DNA of 64,000 nucleotides from Blastocystis sp. Blastoise. Lineage: Eukaryota > Protista > Bigyra: Opalinata. The stretch's first letter is position 1; every line of letters begins with the position of its first letter. Shown one piece after another: positions 26,917-42,822 of the stretch. Under the pieces are notes generated by a model. That model was not told the origin of the DNA. It saw only the letters and a list, made by a program, of their open reading frames with translations, and did not search any database. Position numbers and translations under genes: made by a program. Location of the stretch: contig JBBPEB010000003.1 of NCBI GenBank assembly GCA_039096225.1, positions 1,054,001 to 1,118,000 of the forward strand, read 5' to 3'.

Positions 26917-28089
26917 TTAGTTTGAGAAAACGAATAAATCATGGAAGAAAGTCTTGTATCGTTCTTTATTATAGATTTGAACAATTTTATTTAATGAAAT
27001 ATAGAATGAACTAGCTTCATTATACTCTTGAAAAGTAGAAGGATGATTCTTTGAGAAACGTTTTAAATACATGTTATTTAATAATTCTAACATAAGTAGA
27101 ACAGGAATCATATATGTAAGCATGAGTGTAAGACGTGAAATAGCTATATTTCCATATCTATAAATAGAATTATAAAATATATTTTATGAATTTTATTAAA
27201 AAAAAATAATCTTATATATATATATATATACGAAATAAAGAACCATGAGAAAAGACTAATAATCCATAAAAAGAGTTCAACAAGCATTATATTTATATAG
27301 AATGATGAAATGTATAAAGAATTAAAGAAAGAATTCATAATATTAAAATAATAATATGTTAATATTATTATTATATATATATAAAGGATATTATAGGAAG
27401 TATTTTGAATTGATAGAGAATAAAAGAAACAATAATAGAAATTTGAACTGTTAATTTAGCAATTGTGAATAAAGACAAAAATACATGTGTCCATAAAGGA
27501 AATAAACATAATTGATAAAAAACATATATTGTGAATAACTATATAAAGATATATATATATTAATAATAATAAAATAATTATAATATATTAAATAATAAAT
27601 AAAAAAATAATAATAATAAATAAACATAAAAGAAGACTTAAAGCGAGTGTGAATCTATAATTCATAACAAATGCTTTTGATTCTAACCATTTAATCCATG
27701 TTGTTTCATTTGTTATTTTACGAATAAATTCTTCACAACTCATATCAGGACGATAAAGACGAGCAACATCAACTTCTTTTAATGAAATCGTAAAACTATT
27801 ATAATCAAATGCATTCGATTCATTATTTGATTCTGTTCTTGATAGAGAAGGTGAATTTTGAGTTTCTGTTGGACGACTATAGTTTCATATAGATAATTAA
27901 GATAAAGAAGAAGACAAACAGAGATTGTGAAGCTTCAACGTCTGAACTATCTCTATAAAATTAAGAATGAGAAAAATAACTATAGAAAAATACGTTTTTT
28001 CTGTACTCATTTGATTGATAATCTATAGAAATCAAGTGAATCAGATACTTAAAATAAAAATAGCTGATGTATATGAATGAAGGAGACAT
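26917..28089 (-). CDS. Multi-pass membrane protein of unknown function
   Basis: A hydrophilic exon (RPTETQNSPSL..VARLYRPDMSCEEFIRK..WIKWLE) is followed by hydrophobic exons and TAA at 26917. Start codon and some junctions uncertain. Confidence 0.5.
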
Positions 28090-28634
28090 CACAAACAAAA
28101 TAAAAAAGAAATGCATGAAAAACATTGAATATAAAAACTTCATATGATATATAATTGACTTCATCTTGCATAAGAATCAATTAGATAATTAGAAAAAAGA
28201 AAGATGAGTCATGATCAAAAAGAAAAGGACGAGAAAAAGAGATCATTTTGATATGAACAGATAGACAATACACAAGAAAAACAAAATAATATATATTTAC
28301 TGTGTTTGAATGAGACTAAGTGCTTAAATCTAATATCAAATTAGTGAACGAATTATTGTTGTACTGATGGAAAACTGCTTCATTTTTGAGAAAGACCCGT
28401 GAGGAATTATAAAAAAATGAAATCTCGGCTTTTAGGGGGAAATAATATTTTTGGGGAAATAAATTACTGAATAAGTCTGAATATATTTTGAGTGTTCTCA
28501 GTTCTCTTCAACGTGTTTCAGACAAATATTCAAATATTTGTTTAATTATTTTCATCTGTTTGCTTGATATATCGTTAAATATATCTTTAATAATTTTAAA
28601 ATACTTTGTATTCTGTAAATAGAATTGAAAAATC

Positions 28635-31155
28635 ATGGAAATAAACAAAGAAGACTCATTTACGTCTAAAGCTATTGGAAGAAATCGAAGAAGAACTGTT
28701 CTTGATCATATAGAGGACTCGAAAGAACAAAAGGTGAATTTAAATTCAGAAGAATCGAAAACAAATAATGAATTACCAGAAAAAAGTGTTTCTGCACCCA
28801 TACCACGTTCCTCTACTCATGTATATTTTATTATTTAGATGCTAATTGATTCATGAATGTCATTCATTAATTATTTAAATATGTATGTTTCTATAGGATT
28901 TCATGAATTCGTCGTTACAAGTGGAAGAAGTAATTTTACTACATAAAAAATACTTTATTTATTGTATTGATTATAGATTTACTATTCAAATAAACCTATT
29001 TTATCCAATTCTTATCCAAAACAACAATTTAATCCTGTTTCTTCAAATAATAATAATAATAATCTTCAAGATGCTTCACCAGTCGATGGTATATTATTAT
29101 TTTTATTACTTATATATATATTTTTATATAGATTCAGATAATACAGTTCGTACATTAACTTATGAAGAACAAGAAGAGTATATATATATATATATATTAT
29201 TATGTATATATTCATATAATTAGTTCATTCTTTGAGAATCAGCCAGATATACAATTACCATCAATAAATACGATTCCAATTCATTCAACTAAAGGTATAG
29301 TATTTCATTTAAATAATTAATAAATATTGTTTATACTAAAAAAACTATTTATATATATAGATGATACATTTTTAGTTGAAGAAATCGAGACAGTTCCTCA
29401 AAGTGATCAAGATAGAACAAGAGATGAACAAATGATGGAGCAAAGTATATATGTAATGAATAATAAAATCATGGAAAATCCACCTCCTTCATTTATAAAG
29501 AATATTATTAATAATAATAATAATATAAATGATAATAATAATAATATAAATGATAATAATAATAGTAATAATTATAATAACAATAATATAAATGATAATA
29601 ATAACAATACTACTATTGATGGTGTTATCAAAGAGCCAATGTCTCCAGAAACATTTTTATTATCAATTCCTCCTCCTACACCCATAACGAATAAAACAAT
29701 ATATGATTCTGATTTCTTTGAACCTGATTCTACTATACAATCTACTAATAATCTTGTTGATAATACAAAAAGTATTAATATTATATCTAAAGAATCCTCT
29801 TCTTCTAAAGATAATAATCCATCTATAAAACTAAATTCTTATTCAAATCCTATAAATACAAATTCAAATACTTTTTCTTCTTCTATTCCTATATCTTCTT
29901 CTTCTGTTCCTTTAATAAAGAGTAATAATATGAATATATCAATTTCTCCTTCTCCTCTTATTCTTACTGATTCTATCAATATGAATAATAATGATCTTTA
30001 TACAACTGTATTAGATGATTCTCAAAGTATAGATGACTCTGTACAATTAAATATTAATAATAATAAAAATACTCTTTTAAATCCAAATAATCAATTAAAT
30101 AATATCAATACTATTTCAAAATCTACAAATAATATATTAATAAATAATAACGAGAATAATGTTATTAATAATAATAATACTGACTTACATTCTCTATCTG
30201 TTCCTGTAGAAATAGTTAACTCAAATGAAGGTATATTAAATAATGTAAAAGAATCTAATAATAATTCTATTCCACTCTCTTATTTAACTTTAAAACCTAT
30301 TCCTTTGTCTTCTTCAACTTCTTCTTCCGTTAAAGTGATATCAAACACATTAACAGAACAAACACACTTATTCTCAGAATCACCTCATTTTAAATCAAAT
30401 AATAATAATATTAATAATAATAATAATAATAAAGAAACTACTACTACTCCATTATTGTTTTCTACACCTATTACTACTTTTATTTCTAATGATATTGATA
30501 AAAATAGTATTTCAACGAATATTAATAATAATAATAATAATAATAATATGAATACAGTTATTCCTCAAGTTATCAATGATGTCAATAACAATAATATTAA
30601 TAAATTATCTTCAAATAATATACAATCTAAATCTATACCTATATCTTCTATTCCTTCTTTATCTCATGAAATACCTATGGAAACATCTTCTCAAGTTAAT
30701 AATAATCCTATAGAAACATTAGATGAATCGAATTCTATTTCGAATTCAAATCAAAATTCCAATTCTAATTTAAATTCTAATTTAAATTCCAATTCTATTT
30801 CGAATTCTAATTTAAATTCTATTTCTCAAGATACATTATTTTCTACATCATCAATTCAACCTTATGAACAAGAACAAAAGCAAACAATTTATATAAATAA
30901 TATTCAAAAAGAAGAAAATAGTATTGAAAAGCCAATACTATCGATATCATTAAATGAAAAAAATAATGATATCAATAAACAATCCATAAATGAAATAAAT
31001 AATGAAAATATAAATCCTATTCCTTTATCTCCTATTGATTCTACTACAAATACGTCAGTCTCAATGTCTTATATAGAATCTCCAGAAACATTAAAAGATA
31101 ATAATAATAATAATAATAAATATAATACTACTGCTACTACTACTACTACTAATAC

Positions 31156-31189
<34 letters not shown>

Positions 31190-34100
31190 GAAAATCAAGA
31201 TGCTATTAGTAATGAATTACCAATACATGATGTTTCTTCTTCAAAAACACCTACAAATCAATCAAATGATGATTACTTACAATATATTGTATATATATAT
31301 ATTAATATTAATAATAATATATATAGTCAAAAGCGTTAGAGACTTTCGAAACAAATATTAATATACAATTAGTATATATATATTATATATATATAGTTAT
31401 CTATTTATATATGTATATAGAGTTTTCAGATGAGTGAGTTAAAATCGAATCAAAAATCATTTTTCCAGGAAACTAGTTCTTATATTGGAAATGCAATAAA
31501 AACAATAGACAATTCTTTAGATCAACATATATATTCAATACTATCTGAAATAGACAGTAAGAAAAATGAGAGTAAAGATGAAAATAATAATCATAACGAA
31601 AATAATAATAATGTAGTTAATACTAAAGATATAGTGGAAAAAAATAATATAACGAATACAAATACTGTACAAATGGATAATAATAATAATATAGATGATA
31701 ATAATAATAAGATATATGATAATACAATACATACAAATAGTAATAATATAAATACAAAAACACGATCTACTATGTCTATTAATACTACTTCAAATAATGA
31801 TAATAATAATATAAATAATACTAACAATCAAAACAAATCAACAAATACTCCGTCATCAACAACAAATGAGCGTCATCAACTTGAACAACAAATAAGATTG
31901 TCTTCAAATTATGAAGAACTATTAGATCTCTTAATTGATATGTATACATATATATATATTTATTTAATTATAATTCTATTTATATTTTCTTTAAAATAAT
32001 AATCTAATGAATAATAAAATTATTAGGAAGAAGATAACACTGCAGAATTCGATAGAAGATCGTCAGCGATGGTTTTATGTGGAATATAGAATTCTAAAAG
32101 AACGATATAAGACTTTATTTAATTCACAAAATAGTTCTGTAAATATATTAGAATATTTAATCTACTTTATATATATATATAGGAAATAGACTTATTACTA
32201 AATAATTGGGTAGAGAAACAAAATGAAGAATTAGATGTATGTATATATATATATTTAGAATTCATTTTTATTTTTTTGTATACTTATTATATATATAGTT
32301 ATATATTCGTCAATCATTATTAAATTTATATTATTCACTTCATCTTCTTCATAATATATATAATCAAAATATATCCCAAGGTATATATATATTTATTATT
32401 ATTATTATTTCTATTATATATATAGAAGAGTTTAAATCTTTTATTCAAGAAGATATTCAAGGTTATATGGATAAAGATGTATATATTAATATATATAATA
32501 ATATAATATATATATATATAGTTTCCTGAAGATTTTGCTTATCGTCAATATCAATTATATGCATATACTAATAAATCACTTCAATCACTTATACATACTT
32601 CTTCTTCTTCTATAGTATCTCCAGTTATATCATTATTTCCTTCGAATCCTGTTCTGAATCTTGCTGAAAATATTCAGACTTCTTCTTTATATTTTACAGA
32701 TAGTCATATTCCTTTTGGATCTCTTAATAGAAATCCTTCTTTTGATATGTATAAATATATACCTAATGGAATATATAATGAAAATAATAATAATGAAGGC
32801 AATATTAATAATAATGAAGGCAATAATAATAATAATGAAAATAATGAAGACAATAAAGACAATGAAGATAATAATAACAATAAAGACCATGAAGACAATA
32901 ATATAAACAATTATAATAATAATAATAATACTCTTCAAGTTCGATTAAAAGATATATATATAAATAATACTAGTATGACAATACATAATAATAATTCAGA
33001 TGAATCTAGATCGAATTCTTCTCCTTCTATTTCTCAAGATAATCATGGGAATATAATGGAATCAAATAATTCTGAAGATCTTCAAAATACATCTATAAAT
33101 ACACGTCTTACAGTAAGTGAAGTAACTACAGGAGATAAAACAGGAATAAGTATAGAAGATCATGGAATCACTACATTTATAAGTCCTATTAAACAAAGAA
33201 ATACTATTACTTCTATTCATATAGATGATGTTATACCATTTACACCTCAAAAAACAAGAGAACAAATAGAACATGAAAAACAATTAGAAAGAGAGAATAA
33301 TAATAATAAAGATAATTCTATATTAAAAGAAAATGATTTATATACTACTGTAGCTGAAGATACAAGTGAAGAAGAAGAAAATAATAATAATAATAATAAT
33401 ATATTTATTACTCCAAAGAAGAATATACAAAGAAAGGATACAACTATAAATACTATATATAAACAATCTTTAGATTCTATTGTAGAAGAGAATAATTCTC
33501 AAAAAGATATAAATCAAAAAGAGAGTATATATTATTATATTTTATTATATTATATCTGATAATATTGTTATTTATTATATATATTATATGTAGATTTTAG
33601 GATACCTTCAACTCTAGATGCTATTTCTATTGAACGTCTTCCTTCTATTGATAGTGATAGTGATAATAATAGTGATAATAATAGTGATATTAGTGATAAT
33701 AGTGATAATAGTGATACTACTACTAATAATACTACTGATCAATATCTTTCTATTCAAGACTTAGATAATGATGTATATATATAAATATATTATTTATTTT
33801 ATTCATTTTATTATTATTAATAATAATAAAAATTATTTCTATAGCCATTTATTGAAGTTTTATCATTTTCTAATTCTTTATTTTATGAAAACTTTATTAA
33901 ATATATGTCCTATGTATTAAATATAAATGGTATGTATTATTATTATTATTTTTTTTTATTATTTTATTATTATTATTTTTTTTTTAATTATATATATATA
34001 TAATAGGTACAATAATATCTCAAAGTATTCCTTATATATCTTCTGAAGCATTTGAAAAAGGTAGAATTATGATGAAATCAAATATATTTAAGAAAAATAT

Positions 34101-34666
34101 CTCTCTTTTTGAACAATTATTAACATCTCTTATTGAATATAATATGGTATAGTTTTATATATATTATTTATATTATATTTATATTATTTATATATATATA
34201 TATATTATATTTATAGGTAGTAAATATAGATTCCAAGAATTCATCACTTATAGAGAATTATCATTATGAATCGAAAACAGTTATTTCTTCAGATGAATTA
34301 ATTGTATATATATATATATATATTATAAAATTTATATATTATTTATAATAGTATATTTATCATAAATTTATAATTTGATGTTACTCTATATATATATAGA
34401 AAAAGATAAAGAGTCAAATAGATTCATGGAATCAATTATATATAAAGCATTATATAGAGTCTCCTATTCCTTATAATGAGAATGAATATTATATGTCCTA
34501 TACAGAAGATTTATGTAGAGAACAAATGAATACTAATGAATTATTATGGAATAAACAATTCTGTACGATTCAATTACATATAATAAGAAGCTTTGCAGAT
34601 GATATATTTAATGATATAATTAACGAAGAAACTCAATCTATTCAAGACCTATTCAATTGGAAATAA
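28635..34666 (+). CDS. Very large Asn/Ser-rich protein with possible DUF4378/CEP350-like C-terminal motif
   Basis: ATG 28635; long exons inside ORFs 29327-31339, 31430-31999 and 32747-33559. Last exon IKSQIDSW..LW..IQLHIIRSFADDIFNDIINEE, TAA 34664-34666. Not every junction was checked. Confidence 0.55.
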
Positions 34667-35340
34667 TACATATATTAAGAATATGTATTTATTATTCTAT
34701 TTTTTTCTATTTTCTATTTTTTTCATATTTTTCTTAATTAGTTAATCATATTTATTTAGTTTTTTTATATCACATTTTTGATTAAATATGTCTTTTATAT
34801 ATAACAATAATGAGATATATTAGATTGCTTTATATTTTTTATTGAGATTTGTATAACATATAGTGATTTCAAAGAAGAACATATTTTATTTATATGTATA
34901 TATAAATATTTTTTTATTATTTTAGTTATTAATATAATATATATATATAAACTAGAAGAAATTTAAAATGCAGAATATTGTATTATATATGTTAACAGTT
35001 TATTATATATAAGAATTGCTATGAAAATAATATTTATATATGTTAATAACAATTTCATTAATTATAATATCCTATTTAAATAATAGTAAAAAACACTTTT
35101 AGTGAAATTATGTCTAAAAATGATTTATAGCAAACTTTAAAAAGTCATATATTTAATTGTTGAATATTGCATACATTCATATATAGAAATAGAAAAATTA
35201 TTATAATAAAATATAAAACAAACGAATATAAAAAAAATAGATGAAAAAACACAAAAAATAATCTACAATACATTATACACAAAAAATGTAAAAAATATGA
35301 ATATATATTATATATATATTATATATATATATATATATAA

Positions 35341-35412
35341 TTATCTTCTTGAAGTTGTTGTTTTTTTCGCTTTTTGAAGTCGTTTCATAAGACGAGAATA
35401 ACCTGTTTCTTT

Positions 35413-35479
<67 letters not shown>

Positions 35480-35615
35480 AACTTTTTGATTAAGAGAAGG
35501 ATCATTTTCAACATTTTTATAAAAAGACATAACAGGAGCTCTATATATTAATAATTATAATATATATAATATATATACTGTGGAATAAGAGCATGAACAG
35601 CAGAATTATTTGGAT

Positions 35616-35694
<79 letters not shown>

Positions 35695-36883
35695 CATATC
35701 TATGAACAGGGGCATATAATAAAGCATCCTTCTTTCTATCTTTAACTCTATCCTATATATATATATATATATATATAAAATAAAAATTAAAATTTTTAAA
35801 TTATTAGATAAAAAACTCATATATATATATATATACAATTTGTTGAGAAGTAATATCTCTATCAACAGTTTCTTTTTGTATATTTGATAACCATAATTTA
35901 ATTACATTTATAATTAATTTTTGATTTTCAGGAGTTTCTTGTGAATTTTTTGATAATTTTAAAAGTGTTTTTCCAAGTGTTGTTTCTTTCATAGTTTCTT
36001 TACTTATATATGTTTGTTTTGCTAATAATTTATATATAGTTTCACGAACCTAAAAAAAAATTGAATGATAAAATAAGTATAATAAAATAATAATAACAAC
36101 ATTATTAAAACATAGAAATATCTATAAATAAAAATAATAAGAAATTAATATATGTACAGAAAACGGAGGTAATCCTTTATCTAAAGTTAACCATCTATCC
36201 ATTTCTCGTAGAAATCCTTGTTTATAACATCTATATAATAATTATAATATGTAAAAAAAAAGATATAAATTATTAAAAAAATAATAAATTATTAAAAAAA
36301 AGAAAAGAAATTAAATTACTCAGTAACAAACGCTTTATTGACTAAAGTAGTTTCTAATTCAGCTAATAAAGCAATACGACGAAGTGGAGGTTGATTATTT
36401 TCTATGGATAGTTTATCAGCATCACCAGCATCCATTAATTTAGCCATAAAAGACTATAGAAACAAACATATATGCAATCATTATAATTTTATGCATATAT
36501 ATCTATCATACAGTAGCCTGTTCTGAAAGTGCTCTTTCCATTTTTTCATCTTTTGTTAATTTACGTTCAGAACTTTTTCCTTTTTTACGTTTTTGTTCAT
36601 TCGTGTTTGTTTGACCATCAGTTTCGCCTGTTTCTTCTTCTTCTTCACTATTTTCATCAGCACTATTATCAAATAAATTATCAATTTGATCATTATGATC
36701 TTCATCATTCTCTATTGGATCATGCATGACATTGTCACCCGTATGAATATTTTCATCTTCATCATCATCATCAGCAAAAGGATCGATTTCATCATCTTCA
36801 CTATCATGAGCTTGTGTTTCTTGATTATTTTCTTCTTCAGAAACAGACTGATCAATCTTATCATCTTCCCCGGTAGAACTCAT
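35341..36883 (-). CDS. IWS1: Transcription elongation factor IWS1/Spn1
   Basis: Acidic N-terminus, then [71 protein letters not shown] and HALIP. Two 3' introns are anomalous (see findings). Confidence 0.85.
35415..35474 (-). repeat. Intron consisting only of GT(AT)28AG
   Basis: Direct reading; 60 nt between IWS1 exons. Confidence 0.8.
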
Positions 36884-37107
36884 TTTGAACTACGTAAATT
36901 CAAAAATATATATATACAAAACAATTCTTTGAAAATTCTTATGATTCTTGTGGGTTTCAGAGTCAATTTATTTCAATTCCCATAATTCTTCTTTTAAGTT
37001 ATTTTTATTTGGTTAATTTTTTCAATTAATTTCATCAATATTTCAGTCATCCATTTCTAAAATTATTTTTTATTAATTTATTAGTTTTATATCCAGTTCA
37101 TACGAGA

Positions 37108-37801
37108 ATGCCTAGAAAAGCTGAAGAAAAAAAGGTTTATTACTTACCTGCATTAAAGCATAATATCAAAGCTATCAATATTATCAATGATCAATGCCAT
37201 ATGGAACAATTTCAACCTGAATTTATTACAAAGGTTTCTGAATCATTTCCTGAATACACAAAATTAAGTATGATTCTATCTTCAATACAATTTATGCATA
37301 TTTTATTTTATACTATAGTTGTTTATGATAATCTTGCTGTTGCCTATATTTATTGTTCACTTGAAAATTATGAGGGTAAAGAAGTAAAGGCTCTTCCAGT
37401 TGGAAAGAAGAATTTATTTGATATTCAATTACATATCAAACAAATTGCCGTTTTACCTACTTATCAAAGATACAATATTGCTTCTATAGCATTAAATCAT
37501 ATTATTGAAGAATCTAAAAAGTGTCATCTCGTTAAAAGAGCTGTTACTGAATTTAAAGTAAATATATATTTATTTTATTGAAGAAAGATAGATTTTTTTT
37601 CATTTATTTTTATACATATAGGTAGATGATAACGTTAGTAGATCATTCTTTGAACATAATAAATTCGATTGTTCTTCTAGTAGTGAAAATAGTATGCATA
37701 TATTATTATTTATATATTTTTATATGAATATATTAATAGTTGAATATAAATATATTTTTAATTTTATATATATAGCTTGTCACGGTGTTCTAAATTACTA
37801 A
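37108..37801 (+). CDS. GNAT N-terminal acetyltransferase, NAA50/San-like
   Basis: HNIKAINIIN..EFITKV..EYTKL..YDNLAVAYIYC..LHIKQIAVLPTYQRYNIASIALNHII. Three introns; TAA 37799-37801. Divergent from IWS1 across 224 nt. Confidence 0.7.
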
Positions 37802-38136
37802 ATTAAAAGATAAAAATAAACGTTAGTGAAGTCATAATTTTCGTCTATTTTTTGTTTTAAAAATAATTTTTTTTTTGAGTATTTTAAATATATTTTTTAA
37901 ACATCTTTTATGAATATATTTATATAAATATTTTTTCTTTTATGTGATGAAAACAATCACTAAACATATAAAAACACAACAATTAATATAATTCAATAAT
38001 AAGTATTAAAAAATTAAAGAAATGGAATAGGAGTTTATAAATAAAAATATAAAAAATATATAAAAAGTAGCAAAGATATTGATGAGAATAAACAATATAT
38101 ATATATATTTCGTTAGAATAACTGGTAGATATATTA

Positions 38137-39330
38137 TTAATCAAAGTATTCAAGTAAAGAAATTAATTGTGGATATTTATTAATATTATTATCATTTAAA
38201 AATTGTTTCAAATGAGTTATAAATAATGATAATAAAGAAGATGAATTTTGCTCTAATTGTTCTTTAGAAATATATGATAATAAAGGAGATTTCTCTAATT
38301 GATTCCTATATAGAATAAATATATTATTAGAATACATATCTCAATTATAATTATAATTATATATATATACAAATTTCCTATCATGATTCTATATCTACTA
38401 TTTCCATAATAATATATAATATCATTATATATATCTAAGAAAATAGAACAATGACAAAATAAATAATGATTTTTCATATATGTCTTTATACAAGAAATTG
38501 AATCAGATTTTGATGAAGCACAAATCTATATATATATATATATATATAAGTTTAGACATCTTATGTATATTGAAAATGAGGATAATCAAATGAATATTAT
38601 CGATTATATATAATAATAGGTTACAAGAACATTATATATATATATACAGTTTCACCACAAGATAAGCATACAAGCATATTATTTTGATTTAAAAAATCAC
38701 ATATAGAACAAGGTGTAGAAGTATATAATTGTTTTCTTTTAATAGTTGATATATTTAACTAAAAAAAAATAAATAATAAATAATAAATTATTACATATAT
38801 ATATATATATACTAAATAGTCCATGAAATAATAATCTTGGTTATTTGAATAAAGATCAAAATCAAGTATAAAATATCCATTACAAAAGTTGCGAACTCTA
38901 AAAATTAATGAATAAAAATATTATATATATTATTTAAAAATTGAAATAATTTGTATACAAAATAATAGAAATGAATCTAATATATATTATATATATACTC
39001 TAAAAATGTTTTTGAGCAAACAGTATATAATTCTATCCATGGAATAGATGGTTTTTCTGTTTCAAGAATAGAAGAAGATTCATTTAAACGTAGTAAAGTA
39101 AATAATTCTGAATAAGAAGAAGGAATAAGAATAGGTTCTTTTACTTGAAATGTTGGATTTAATAATAAATAAAACATATCTATATATATATATATTAGAT
39201 CATATTTATTATAGTATATATATTAACTTATATTAAATACATAAAGAACGTAAATAAGGAATGGATAGTTGTTCAAGTGTATATTCGATCTATATTTATA
39301 TTATTATTATTAATAAAAAAAAATTACTTA

Positions 39331-39368
<38 letters not shown>

Positions 39369-42300
39369 ATATATATATACTCCTTTTTCTAATAGCATTT
39401 TAGTAATTTCTTTTTCAAATGATACTTCTTTAAAACAAAGAAATTGTGAATTTTTATATGCTTTTAATACATTTAATGAAGAATTAATAAAGTTATTTTC
39501 TATATATATATAAAATACAATTTTTTAATTGATTCCATAAAATATATAATATAAATTTTTATATACCTATTTTGTTATTCATAATATCTTCAATTAAACA
39601 ATGCACTATATATATATATAAATTTATATATATAAAACAACTTAATTAATTAATATATAATAAAAAAATATACATTCTTCTTTTTGTAATATAAGAAAGT
39701 ACAATTGAAGAAGAAGAACTTTTCGATGTAAATCAAAGAATAATGGATATTGATATATGAAATTTGAATATACTAATGATGTCATTTCTATATATATAAT
39801 AATATATTTATAAATACATATAAAAAACAAAATGAATATATATATAAATTAATAATAATAAAGAGATACCTTCTTCTTTTCCTAAAGGAAAGAAATCATA
39901 TAAATAATTAATAAATGCTTCAATACCATTTTTTGGCGTAAAAATAGCAAATTGATGAACATATTGTTCTCTTTCTTTATCAGTATAAGAAGGAAATATA
40001 GATTTTGATTCAATAAATAAATAATGTTGAATAATAGTATGCATATTCTTTTGTATATTGACTTTTTCATGAATAATTGATTGTTGTGTTGTCATTGCCA
40101 TATATGAATATCCATTTTCTTTTATACATTCATATAATTGACGATGAAGATAAGAAGCAAAGAAATCATCAAGTATAAAATAATCGGCTAATGTTCGATA
40201 TATATAATCAACATATACTATATATATGTAAGTTAAAAACTATATAATTATATAGAATAAGTTATAAAAAAATATACATGTGTCAAAAGATAAGTTGTTT
40301 AAAAAATCTTTAAATGTAATTTTATTAATAAAAAATTGTATTAATAAGTTTTTAACTCCATTATAAGTATGATTAATATTATATAATTCACAAATAAGAT
40401 TTAAATTTGATATAATTATATTGTGATTTATAGAATCAAAACAATATACTTTTTCATTAGGAAAATCTTTATTATCTAAATATATAACATCTTTTTTTAA
40501 TCGATCTAAATCAATTCCAACAATATGGGATTCATCATTTTCATATACATAACAATTTTTAGATTGATTATGTAGAATTTGAATACCTTTTGGAATTATA
40601 CAAGGTAATTTACTTGTATATACTTGTTGTAATTGTATAAAAAAATTATTATTTAATGGATTTAAAGGAGGCGAAGATGAAGAAAATAATACAGGCTTTA
40701 CATTATTAGTATTTTCATTATTATTATTATTCATAGTATTTTCATTATTATCATCATAATCTGTTGGTAAATTTAAAAATGAAGAAAATATATTTTTACA
40801 AGTATCATATATAGAACTACTACGTATATTTATATTATTATTCGACTCACTATGAATTCTATTATTTTTACCATTATTATTATTCTTTTTTATATCATTA
40901 TTAATAGTATTCTTACTTGTATCATTACTTTCTTGTATACAATTTATATTGTTCCATAAAATAGGATAATCGTGATTATAAACAGTTTCTGGATCATTTA
41001 ATACACAAAATTTTGAAGCTTCTAAATATATACTATTAATTAAACAGAAATAGATAAAATAATAATAATCTTGAGAGGTTATATCTATAAATGACGCATT
41101 AAATGTTGACTTATTCATTACAAATATAGAATTTGTAGTTAATATATTATTATTATTATTAATATTTGATATATTTTGTTTACTATTTGTTTTTATATTT
41201 AATGATGAATTGATATCTTCATTAAATAATATATTATATAGAGATTCTTTTGAGAAAATAGACATATAATTCTGTGTCATTTGAGTTAATAAGGGTTTAA
41301 ATAATAATAAATCCTCCATAATATAGCAATATTTGAATATTTGATGATAAGATATAGTTTTAAATAAAGAATATATTCTTGAAGATTCACTAGAAACAGG
41401 ATATTGGTATGTATAATGTGAATAAAAAGTAGATACATATAGAATAATTGAAGATAATATAGAATAAATTAAATGGCAATTACTTATTGAATGATTAATA
41501 GTAATATCTTCATAATATATATATAATATATCCATTAATGTTATAATATTATCAATAGAAGGTATACAATCAGTTCCATAAGTATTAATAACTTGATCAA
41601 TAAATTCTTGTGTTGTTTCTATATTAATTGTTTTAATATCATATTTATTTTTATATGTATGAATATCATTTACTTTTATTTCTAATTCAGGAATAGATAT
41701 AGAATCAAAATTATCATAAGGTATAACTTTTTCTTTTGAGAAAACAGGTGTATATATTTTTGTTCTACAATTCATTATATATATAAATCGATGTTTATAT
41801 CTTTCAAATATATATCCAAATTTTACATTAAATAATGATGGTATATCTTCTTTAATAAATAAATAATGATTCATATTATTATCTCGATGTCTATCTGATT
41901 TATATAAAGGATAATCATATAATGATTTTAATATAGTTATATATTCTTGATATTCATAATTATAATAATCATCTATAGGTATATTAATATAAGGAAAAGA
42001 AACTTCATTTTCATCAACATATAATATTGAACGATCTTTTTCTATATTTTCTTTCTCTTTCTCTTTATTATATAAATGATAATCATTCCATAAAAAATAA
42101 TTTCTTAATAAATCTGCAATTAATGATTTATGTATAGAAATAGAAGATTCACAAAATAATTCAAATGTACTATTATAAGAAATAGGTTGTATAATATCTA
42201 TATAATGATTCCAATGAAGAATTAAACCATTTACTAAAGCATTCATATCTGTTGAATATACATAAAATTGAGGACATTGACCTATAATACATTGATGAGA

Positions 42301-42769
42301 AGGCAAGTAAAAGTACTATAGATATATATAAAATAACTAATATATATTAATTCCTTGCTGTTTAATAATTATTTAATATTAAATAAAAGAATCTAAATTG
42401 AATAAATAGTTGTAAAATTGTAATAATATAATTATATATAGAATAATCTATTATTTATTAATTAAAAGTAATATATATATATACTTGTTTAAATGCTTTT
42501 ATATAAAATATAAACATATTTCGAATTGTTAATAATAAACGTTGATCTTGAAGAGACAAAATTGAATCTATATACATTATTCTTATGCTTATATATTTAT
42601 TATATTTTAATTTATTTATTATATTTTATTTATTATATTTAAACTTTAATTTATACCTTGTTCTTTATTTCTAATAGAATATTCTATAGAAGGAACTGTA
42701 TTCGATAGAAAATTAAACCGTATATTATCCTATATATATAATTAAAAACAGTGATTTATAATATATATG

Positions 42770-42822
<53 letters not shown>

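Noticed and set aside
35273-35345. Poly(A)-completed stop codon explaining the IWS1 run-on frame
   Set aside because: No TGTTTGTT-like motif just downstream, and another frame has a well-placed genomic TAA.
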